From a virus, in IMG/VR virus record IMGVR_UViG_3300025660_000003, positions 64,001-128,000 of that record: a stretch of 64,000 bases of DNA. One strand, given 5' to 3'. The notes beneath the pieces are model-generated. The model searched no databases. It was not told the origin of the DNA and saw only the letters and a list, made by a program, of their open reading frames with translations. A program made the position numbers and the translations under genes. Position 1 is the first letter of the stretch. Each line of letters starts with the position of its first letter. Below are positions 20,615-30,000 of this stretch, one piece after another.

Positions 20615-23600
20615 ATGGCTGATTACCCACTGACGAAGCTGGACAAGGCGCTCGCACGTCGAGCAGCCACGTCATCGTCGAGGACTGCCTGGCAAGAGCT
20701 GATGGAGCGGTACGACACCGTGCCGTCATCCAAGTCGATTCAGGCTCCTGATGCCATCACGGGCTTCAGCGGCTCGTGGGCGGCCAGCTACGACCTGGGC
20801 GGGGCGCTGCGGGACATGGCGATGGGCGAGAGCCCCGCGCAGATCCAGCGACGCACGAACTTGCTGGGCCAGCCCGGCATGGCCGAGATCAACTTCCGCC
20901 CCTACGACCACGGCACCAACCGGCACGGCAAGTACGGCCCCTCCCTCCTGGGCCACCCCATCTCCTTCCAGGTGGTCGGCCCGACCGCCAAGACTCGCGG
21001 CCTGGTCCACCAGTGGTGGATCTCCGAGGCGGGTGGCATCGACACGTTGAACCTCGACGTGAGTGCAGACATCAACTCGAACGGGGGCTCCCCCAGCACC
21101 CTTCCGGCGGGTGCGGACACCATCAATGAGATCTACGGCACCGGGAAGATCCCGGATGAGGGGCTCTACCTCGTCGTCTCGATGACGGGTGCTGAGGGCG
21201 TCGTCACCGACAACGCCGATGGCTTCGGTGGTACGGACGGCGGACTCGGTGATGGGTTCATCGGTACGAACCCAGGCGTACCCGGCGGGATGGCCGCTCG
21301 TCTGGCGGTCGTCCCCCGCACGGAGTCGGCGAAGTACGAGATCTTCCGCGTCACGGCAATGACGGCGACGACCCTGGTGCTCGACAACGCCAAGCGGCTG
21401 TCCACCTACTTCGACTACAACATCGGAGCGAACGCCCCGGTCATCCGGGCCATCACCCTCATCCGGCCCGCAGCGACTCGGCTGGTGGCGGTCCCCGGCT
21501 CCGGCAGCAAGCAGGGCAGCGAGCAGACATTCGCCTTCGTGCCCCCGGCGACGGCCCTCAACGCGGACTGGCAGCCGGTCTACTCAGAGATCACTGTCGC
21601 GGGCCTCGTTGACCCGTGGACCAGCGGCAAGAGCATGACCGCGAACCCCGCGTGGGGCTTTGCGGCAGATGCCAAGGACTACGACCAGGCGGTCGCACTC
21701 CCGATCCCGGCCCCCGTCAACCGAGGCTCTGGACGGCTCCAGGGCATCAATGGGGAGACGCCACAGCAGCTCCCGCTCGGCCGATTCCGCCTCATCCTGG
21801 ATGCGGCGAGCTACTTCGGCAGCACGCTCGATCTCGGCAAGATCATCCGCATCAACGACATCCGGCGGGTGCTGGGCGGCAACTGGGAGACCTTCGACTC
21901 CGCTCCGGCGACTCATCGAGGCCACCCCCTCCTGGATCGGATGCTTGGGTACTTCGAGATCTACAACACAGGCAACGGCGATCAGGGCGTCGGGGCGAAC
22001 AACTTCTACGACCTGAAGTTCGTCACACAGGTTGACCCCGACACGGGCGTCCCCTTCCTTGGTGGTGCCTCGACCTTCGTGATGGCGACGGGCAGCGGGG
22101 CCGGGGAAGAGGTCCGGTTCCAGTGGACGGTGCATGAGCCCATTTCGACTCTGTGGACTGGCACCTACCTGCACCCGACGCGGCTCGACTCGGCCCGGCT
22201 GAAGAACCTCATCGACCCCCGGTGGGTCAAGCCGACCTTGAAGGGCCGGGAACTCGACGACATGGCCGGTCACACGGCGTTGCCGGACCGGGCCATCTTC
22301 GACACGAGTTCGAGCAACGACGGTGCTGCGGGCAGCAACGCGAATCCGGGCAACCTGATGGACCTCGGTTTCCGGGTGGTCCTGTTCCCCGGCAAGCTCA
22401 GCGATGCTCCCGGCAACGACGTGATCCCGGACTTCGACAACCCCATCGACGCGAACGAGGTCATCCTCGACCCGACGAAGCTGGATGAGAACCAGTTCAT
22501 CGAGGTGGACTACTCCGCAGGGCTCGTCCACCTGTCCCACCCGCCTGTGGTGGGCAGCCAGCTCGTCCCGGTCGCAGGAATCCTGACGGCGGACAACAAC
22601 CCCCGTGGCGAGGCAGTGTTCTTCGCGGCCTGTGTCCCCTTCAGCCGCGAGCCCGGCCAGATGGGCGTGAACCCCCGCCTGACGGCGGGCCGGAGCCTTG
22701 ACCGTGCGGGGAGCTTCTGCGGGCTGGACAGCCCGGAGCCCGTGGATGTCTACGGTGGCCGCATCTTCTGGCCGGGAGACACCGATCCCACACTCCCCAG
22801 TGGTCCCCAGGGCAAGATCCTGCTGAACGCGGAGCTGTCGCCCATCGACCTGCCCCTGACGGGCTTCGTGGACGTGCTGATCGGGGATCTCAACCCGGCG
22901 GGCGACCCCCTCTTCTCCAACAACGCAGAGGAACGGCTCTGCACCTTCGGCTACAGCACCGTCAACTACGCCGACGCGGGCCACGGTTTGCGGACGACCC
23001 TGGAGGGGACGTTCGGCGGTGCCGACCCCACGGCGACCTATGCGGTCGTTCCGGGCATCACCCCGGTCACGGTGGTGCTCCGCAAGAACATCGTCATCCC
23101 GAACACCCCGGACGGGCGTGCTGGGACCGACTACCAGTTCGACACGACCTACGGTCACGCCAAGCGGCCAGCGGCCCTGCGCTTCACGCATGGGGGCCTG
23201 ACCCCTGAGCACGACGGCACGGTCAGCATCTCGACGAAGGACCCCCGCACGGACGCCCATGAGGCGCTGTTCAGCGAGCTGTTCTCGTCATGGTGCATCA
23301 GCGGCGGCATCAACACGACGGGCTTGCCTATCGGCGGCGACACGCTGCACTTCAGCTCTGCGGTCGTGCTCATCCAGGGCATCCGTACCGTCATGCCCGA
23401 GCAGGATGTGACTCTCGCGGTGGCCCCGAACTCGCGGTACGTCTACATCGACGGCAGCACCCCGGCCTGCCCGGTCTGGGCCAGCACGGACTTCTTGCCC
23501 CTGCCCACCGACAACGACGTACTCATGGCGTCGTACACGCACGCAGGCGGGGGCATCCAGACGCTCATCGACCTTCGCGACCCGCTCGTGGACATCGACA

Positions 23601-26203
23601 AGCGGCTGGAAGTCACGGTCGGCAACCCGCAGGGCCACGGACAGCCGGGCGACGCCCACTTCAACGAGCTGGCCGATGCCGTCGCGTTCGTGACGGAGAC
23701 CTACCGGGCCTTCCAGATCTCCGGTGCTCCCGGTGAAGAGGGTCGGGCTCGCCGCATCAAGGTCATCGGGCCGACGCGGGAGGACAACGCCAAGCTCCCC
23801 ATCTCGCCTGCTGGGCTCAACGGGATCATCATCGAGGGTGCCGCCAGGGCTCCTGACGACACCGAGGCGAACCCTCTGTCGATCACCTGGGGAGGCGACG
23901 GAGCCCCTCCGCTGTTCGACCTCTCGGATGTCGCGGGCTGGACGTTCCGCGACCTGGCCTTCCGCTTTGTGCCGGACGGTTCTACTTCGGCGGTGGTGGC
24001 AGAACGCTGCCTGTTCATCACGCGGGATGGCTCGACCCGGAACTGCATCTTCGAGAACATCTACCTTCTCGGGAAGGCCCACGGCTTCTACTACTGCGAC
24101 GACACGACGACCCCAGGTAGCTCGGCCTACGACAACCTGCTGTTCCGCAACTGCGACGCTGGTGAACTGACCGACTTCGCCCTCCGGGTCGAGGACAACA
24201 TCGACGCCAGCAACGCCGACGTGATGAAGGTCGAGGGCTGCGACTTCACGGTGTCCAAGCTGGGCTCCCGTGAGCTGGACGCGACGATCACCAATGGGGC
24301 CATCGTCCACATCGGGACGACCCACGCGGATCGGCTGACCCTCCGTGATTGCAGGCTCATCGGTGGCAACCTCGGCGTCTTCTCGGCTGGCGAAGGCAAC
24401 GTCGTGGACGGCTGCCTCATCCAGAACACCGATCTCCCGGCGATCTGGGCGAAGTCGCACTTCTGGGAGATCAACAACAACGACATCGTGCTCGTCCACA
24501 CTGAGCCAGCAGCGTCCGGGCCGTTGAACCCGGCGAAGGTGGCCGTCTACATCGAGGCAGCCGGGGCTGCGAGGAACGAGATCCACGTCATCAACAACCG
24601 GATCGGACTCAGCGCAGGCGGTGGTCACGTTGACGACGCAGCCATCTACAGCACTGGCACATCGATCAACTGCATCTTCTCCGGCAACTTCGTTGACTAC
24701 AACATCGAGACTGCCACGGCCGTCCACGTCCTCGACAACGACATCGCGGTGGGCGATCTGAGGCCGGGTGCCGGTTGCACCGTCCGGGGCAACGCCGTGG
24801 TCGGCAACATGACCCCCACGGCGGGTCTGTCCAACATCAGCAACAACAACGTCGCTGGCCTGCTGCTGGGTGCTCTCGGCATCAACTGTCGGTACAGCAA
24901 CAACTTGTTCCTCCAGGGCGACGACAACCGCCACATCACGGGAGCGGGCAGCACGTTCCACGGCGACTGGTTCGGAGACCCCACCGACGTATCCTCGGGT
25001 GGTCGGGTCTCTCGTTATGACGACAACACCTTCGTCGGTGTTCACTTCGCAGACGGGTTTGACGACGCTGATGCCACTCGGAAGGACCGCAACATCTTCG
25101 ATGGCTGCGAGATCAACCTCTGGACCGACATCACGATCATCGGGAACTCCACCGTCTTCGTCGGCAACATCATCCAGGCCCAGGACGCCGATCAGGACAT
25201 CTACCTGAAGGGCAACGACAACTCGTTTGTCGGCAACCAGCTCACCATCGACACCCTGTTCCTGGAAGGTCTGGGGGGTGACCCGGACAGCATCACGGTG
25301 GTCGGCAACCACTTCCACCAGAACCCGATCGACCCTGGTGGCCTCTACCTGCTAGCCGACCAGAGCACCGTCAGCGGCAACGTCATCGAGGGCTGGGAGA
25401 CCCGCTCCGGCAACCCGAACAAGTTCTCCATCTTCGTGGAGGGCGACGGGAACGTGGTCACGGGGAACCGCTGCAACAAGGGCATGATGCTCTCGGGCAG
25501 CTCGAACATGGCTACCGGGAACCACGTCGTCACCAACCTGTATCTGGACATCAACGAGAACGCCACGGCGTTCAAGGCCAACACCGTCGATGGTACGGTC
25601 ACCATCAAGGGTGCGGCTGCGGTGCTGGAGTTCAACGACAACCACGTCGGCGGGGCCTTGGCCTACGACGCGGTGGGGAGCTACCTCAACGCCTCGACCT
25701 TCTGTGGCAACCGCATGGGGTCCACCACGATCTTCGCCCCAGACGCGGGGCTCACCCCCTCGCTCAAGGACACGGTCGTCAACGGCAACCACTTCAACGA
25801 CTTCTCCGCTCAGGAGTCCTTGGACTGCACCTTCACGGGGAACCGCTGTCTCGGGAACGTGATCTTCACGAAGGCGGCCGGGCTGCTCTGCAACAACAAC
25901 CGCATCGGCACCAACGGTGCTGCGAGGAACCTCGGCGTCACCGACAGCGACGACTACGTTTGCAACGGCAACTACGTCACGGGCGACATCGTGGTGGACG
26001 ACGCGGGCACGGTGGGCACTGGAGCGGGCATCCTGGTGGGCAACCGGGCGGAAGTCATCGCACAGGGCGGGGCTCCCCGCACGAGTCAGGTCGCCATCGG
26101 CAACCGGACGACCGACGACATCAGCAACACCATCTTCAACACTGCACCGGGCACGGGCGAAAAGGGCATCGCCACACCCTCCAACCTGAACGTCGAGGTC
26201 TAG
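20615..26203 (+). CDS. Tailspike-like protein with long C-terminal right-handed beta-helix, 1862 aa
   Basis: C-terminal ~800 aa made of repeated xxGNxx / xxNNxI strands (parallel beta-helix, pectin-lyase-like). Confidence 0.7.
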   Translation: MADYPLTKLDKALARRAATSSSRTAWQELMERYDTVPSSKSIQAPDAITGFSGSWAASYDLGGALRDMAMGESPAQIQRRTNLLGQPGMAEINFRPYDHGTNRHGKYGPSLLGHPISFQVVGPTAKTRGLVHQWWISEAGGIDTLNLDVSADINSNGGSPSTLPAGADTINEIYGTGKIPDEGLYLVVSMTGAEGVVTDNADGFGGTDGGLGDGFIGTNPGVPGGMAARLAVVPRTESAKYEIFRVTAMTATTLVLDNAKRLSTYFDYNIGANAPVIRAITLIRPAATRLVAVPGSGSKQGSEQTFAFVPPATALNADWQPVYSEITVAGLVDPWTSGKSMTANPAWGFAADAKDYDQAVALPIPAPVNRGSGRLQGINGETPQQLPLGRFRLILDAASYFGSTLDLGKIIRINDIRRVLGGNWETFDSAPATHRGHPLLDRMLGYFEIYNTGNGDQGVGANNFYDLKFVTQVDPDTGVPFLGGASTFVMATGSGAGEEVRFQWTVHEPISTLWTGTYLHPTRLDSARLKNLIDPRWVKPTLKGRELDDMAGHTALPDRAIFDTSSSNDGAAGSNANPGNLMDLGFRVVLFPGKLSDAPGNDVIPDFDNPIDANEVILDPTKLDENQFIEVDYSAGLVHLSHPPVVGSQLVPVAGILTADNNPRGEAVFFAACVPFSREPGQMGVNPRLTAGRSLDRAGSFCGLDSPEPVDVYGGRIFWPGDTDPTLPSGPQGKILLNAELSPIDLPLTGFVDVLIGDLNPAGDPLFSNNAEERLCTFGYSTVNYADAGHGLRTTLEGTFGGADPTATYAVVPGITPVTVVLRKNIVIPNTPDGRAGTDYQFDTTYGHAKRPAALRFTHGGLTPEHDGTVSISTKDPRTDAHEALFSELFSSWCISGGINTTGLPIGGDTLHFSSAVVLIQGIRTVMPEQDVTLAVAPNSRYVYIDGSTPACPVWASTDFLPLPTDNDVLMASYTHAGGGIQTLIDLRDPLVDIDKRLEVTVGNPQGHGQPGDAHFNELADAVAFVTETYRAFQISGAPGEEGRARRIKVIGPTREDNAKLPISPAGLNGIIIEGAARAPDDTEANPLSITWGGDGAPPLFDLSDVAGWTFRDLAFRFVPDGSTSAVVAERCLFITRDGSTRNCIFENIYLLGKAHGFYYCDDTTTPGSSAYDNLLFRNCDAGELTDFALRVEDNIDASNADVMKVEGCDFTVSKLGSRELDATITNGAIVHIGTTHADRLTLRDCRLIGGNLGVFSAGEGNVVDGCLIQNTDLPAIWAKSHFWEINNNDIVLVHTEPAASGPLNPAKVAVYIEAAGAARNEIHVINNRIGLSAGGGHVDDAAIYSTGTSINCIFSGNFVDYNIETATAVHVLDNDIAVGDLRPGAGCTVRGNAVVGNMTPTAGLSNISNNNVAGLLLGALGINCRYSNNLFLQGDDNRHITGAGSTFHGDWFGDPTDVSSGGRVSRYDDNTFVGVHFADGFDDADATRKDRNIFDGCEINLWTDITIIGNSTVFVGNIIQAQDADQDIYLKGNDNSFVGNQLTIDTLFLEGLGGDPDSITVVGNHFHQNPIDPGGLYLLADQSTVSGNVIEGWETRSGNPNKFSIFVEGDGNVVTGNRCNKGMMLSGSSNMATGNHVVTNLYLDINENATAFKANTVDGTVTIKGAAAVLEFNDNHVGGALAYDAVGSYLNASTFCGNRMGSTTIFAPDAGLTPSLKDTVVNGNHFNDFSAQESLDCTFTGNRCLGNVIFTKAAGLLCNNNRIGTNGAARNLGVTDSDDYVCNGNYVTGDIVVDDAGTVGTGAGILVGNRAEVIAQGGAPRTSQVAIGNRTTDDISNTIFNTAPGTGEKGIATPSNLNVEV

Positions 26204-26207
26204 CCAA

Positions 26208-27044
26208 ATGAGAATCCTCGTTGACCTGCGCAGCCACCTGTCGGATGCACCGGAGATCATCCAGGTGCAGCGGGTTCCCGTGGAGGGCTCCACTGGTGGC
26301 GAGACCATCAACGGGAAGTACGCCATCCCGGTCCCGTTGAACATGGAGTTCCCCATCGACGGGACGAACTACATCCTGGACGGGGCTGGGGAGATCGACG
26401 GCGGGGACGTGGTGAGCATGAGCTACGCCCACCTCCTCGCCCTCTACCTGCCCTTCGAGAACGTCTACTTCAACCCGCTGCTGACCAGCGACCACGTAGG
26501 CGAGCTGGTCCTCGACCAGTCGTTCCACTTCACCGACCGCAGCGTCTCGCCCCCCGTCCAGTTCTTCCCCCGCTTCCAGACGGGACGGGAAGAGGGCGTC
26601 AGCGACGACGGGCAGATGCCCACGCACACGGCGATGATGCCCGCGAACGCGGCAATGACCCCGGAGCGGCCGGGGCTCATCATCACGGAGCCCATCGACA
26701 TCGGGCCGTTCACGCTCGACTGCGACGACGTGGCGGTGGGTGCCGACGAGTTCATGGTCTTCTGGAAGCTCTACGACTTCACCATCGGGCACGACATCGC
26801 TGGCAACGGGGGTGGGGCACACGCGGGCGTCAACACCCCGGCAGCTCGCCTGCTGGAGGAAACGGATCAGGAGCCCGACGACCTCTCTGTCTTCATCAGC
26901 ACCGACAACGGGGCCAACTGGTGTCAGGTCGGCCTGCTGGAGCCCATCGCCTTCTGCGACAAGACGACCACAGTGCGGCTGGCGTTTATGAACGACTCCC
27001 TCACGGACAAGCTCTTCCTCGCCAGCTTCGCGCTGCTGTTCTGA
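26208..27044 (+). CDS. Hypothetical virion protein, 278 aa
   Basis: ORF in tail operon; Asp-box-like ISTDNGANW near C-terminus. Confidence 0.6.
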   Translation: MRILVDLRSHLSDAPEIIQVQRVPVEGSTGGETINGKYAIPVPLNMEFPIDGTNYILDGAGEIDGGDVVSMSYAHLLALYLPFENVYFNPLLTSDHVGELVLDQSFHFTDRSVSPPVQFFPRFQTGREEGVSDDGQMPTHTAMMPANAAMTPERPGLIITEPIDIGPFTLDCDDVAVGADEFMVFWKLYDFTIGHDIAGNGGGAHAGVNTPAARLLEETDQEPDDLSVFISTDNGANWCQVGLLEPIAFCDKTTTVRLAFMNDSLTDKLFLASFALLF

Positions 27045-27054
27045 AGGTAGGAAA

Positions 27055-30000
27055 ATGGCACTCGACCACGGAACCGGCGTCTCTCGGACCTTGAGCCCTC
27101 TCGACAGGGCCTACGCATCGGTCATCTGGCAGAAGGGCAAGCCGCCTCTCGATGCCGAGCTGAACCTCATGTCCTCGCTGGACCAGGAACGGCTGCGTGA
27201 GTACGTCGCGGGCCTGATGCCCTCCGGGTTCTTGATGGACCCGACGCGCTCTGAGTTCGACTTCAAGTTCGATCCGCTGTGGGTCAACCACTTCCACCTG
27301 GGCGTGCCCCGGTCTGCCACCGGCAGCCTCGACGCAGACGAGACGCAGCCGGTCGTGTGGGCCAACGTCAACGGCTGGATGGTCCCGGTCGCTGGAACGG
27401 ACATCACTGGCACGGCTGATGTCCACAACGTCGTCAAGCTCTACCCCGCCCCCGGTTCCGATACCCGCGTGGACTTCGTGTTCCTGGAGGTCTGGAACTC
27501 CCTGGTCCAGCCGAACCCCTCGACGCTGAACAAGCCCACGCTCTCGACCGTCTGGAAGTACGGCAACGTCCAGCACGGCGGCACGAACATCACGGACGAC
27601 CTCGAAGACCCGACCATCGGCTTCGAGACCAGCAAGCGAGTGCAGGTCCAGTACCGCATCCGTGTCTACGGCCAGGGCCTCGGCGGTGGAGCCAGCGTGA
27701 ACCTCGCTGTCCACCCGGACGGCTTCGGTGACCCGAACATCCTCGGCCGTGGGGCCAACGTGTCCGCCCCGGTCGCCGGGATGCAGTGGGCCAACATGCG
27801 GGAGCAGCTCGGTGACCCCTCCCTGTGGCGAGCAGGCGACGGCGACCCGAACAACGCCCTGGGCACCATCGACGGCTACACCTACGCCATCCCGATCTGC
27901 GCGGTCTTCCGCCGGAGCCGCGAGACCTACGTGGCCGTCAAGACCAGCGGCAACCCCACGCAGAACGGAGCGACCCTCCGCACGCCTGGCGTCTACCTGC
28001 TGGTCGATCCCCTGACGGGTGCTGTGCCCCTGCTCCAGGCGTCCCTTGGTGCGGCTCTGGGGCCGGACGACGGCAAGCTGGCCCCCTTCACCATCGCGGT
28101 AACGAACATCAACGGGTCGGGCCTCGAAGACACGGCCCACACGCTGTCGAGCATCTACCTCCAGATCGAGGATGAGATCGTCGGCATCTCGGCTGTGGAC
28201 CTGGTGGGCAACACCATCACCATCCCGGCAGGTGGCCGTGGACGGTGGGGAACGGCTGCTGCGGGGCACGCGACGGCGACCCCCATCAACCAGTTCAACA
28301 CCCGCCCGGACGGCCTGTACGCGGACGAGGTGGCCTCTCAGGACGTGCTGGACCTCCGCAGGGCGGTGAACCCGGGCGACTGGGACTACAACCGCATCCT
28401 GTCCCACAACGTCGCAGCTCTGGCCAAGGGCACGCTGCGGACGGCGTGGAAGGAGAGCAACCCCGGTGACACCGAGGGTCCGGTCGTCCACGAAGTCGTG
28501 GACATGTACGCCGGGGACGAGACGCACCCGAACCACACCGACGCGGCGGACGGCTCTGACGGCGTCCGCACGGTCTGGTCGGACGGAGCCACCATCCAGC
28601 CGGATGTGACGCTCCTCCTCAAGCACGACGCCACCCGCGACGCGGACGGCATGGTCGGCTTCACGAACACCGGGTTCGATGCCCTGGTGGAGTGGGATGT
28701 CGGTGCGAGCTTCAACCCCATCGGCTTCCTGAACACGGGCGGCGGGGCGACGGGTTGGTACAACGGCTCGTCGGTCCACCTGTTCATCGGCGGCACCACG
28801 GGCGAGCTGGGTGCGCGGGCGACCTTCCGTGCCGCCAACGTGCGGGACGTGCGCTTCGTCACGCCGGGCGAATACTGGAAGACGGGCTATCCGGTCGTTG
28901 ACCCGAACACCGGCAACCAGCACCCCGTCTCCCTCCGGTTCATTGCCGAGAAGAGCATGGTGGCCCCGCCGTCCTCCCTGGCCGCAGCCGACAAGCTCAT
29001 CGCCCCCGGTCCGCAGTACCCGTGGCGGGAGGAGTCGTTCGAGCGACCCTTCATCGTGCTCGGTGGGCTGCTGCACAGCAACCTGCGGATCACGGCTCTC
29101 GATGTCAGCGCCCTGACCATGGCGGTCGATGCCTACGGCACGACCCGCTTCTACCTCGACCTGACGAGCAAGGGCTTCGACTTCGACGCGGCTGGCGGGT
29201 TCAACAACGCCAGCGGTGGTGTGTTCCCGAATGACCCGTCGCAGGTGGCGACTCCGTTCCTGCGGGGCCAGCGCACCTTCTTCGGGATGCTGACCGATGA
29301 CGGCCGGGACCAGACGGGAGCCTCTTCCGAGGTCTACCTGATGACCTTCGGTGACCCCACGGGCCGCAACAACAACGGTGCCTTCAAGGTCATCGGTGCT
29401 GGCACGGTGGGCTACACCAACGTCCCCGGCATCAACGCCGGAACGCTGGTGCTGGAGCCCCGGTCGGCGGACTTCGCTGGCTGGTCGGCCACTGGCTCCG
29501 GCAACGAGATCACGGTGGACTTCCGGTCGCAGTTCCACAACGCAGACGACATCAGCACCTACGCAGCTCGCATCGCCGACCTGGCCATCGTGCTGACCGA
29601 CATCGGTGGCGAGTCCGGTGACGGAACCCCGTGGGACCTGGCGAACGTGGGCGCGAATGCTCTGGCCCAGTCGGGCGGTGCGTACTACGCCCCGAGCAAG
29701 ATGGTCCTCTCGACCACGCTGCTCTACCACCCCGGCCGTTCGGCAACGACGCGAGTGGCCGACGAGTTCGTGCGCTTCGCCATGCGTGGCGGTTCGGAAG
29801 AAACGCTCGGGACGTACCTGCGACGGTCGCCGTCGAGCATCGACACGACCTTCTCGGCCATCGGGACGGCAACGGACGAGACGTACTGGCCGACCATCCA
29901 CGTCGGCACCTGGAACCGGCTCTCCGGTCTCGGCTGGCACGCTCCCCTCGCCCCGGCCTACGGCGGCACTGTGGTGGGCTTCACCGAGCAGGACCGCGAG

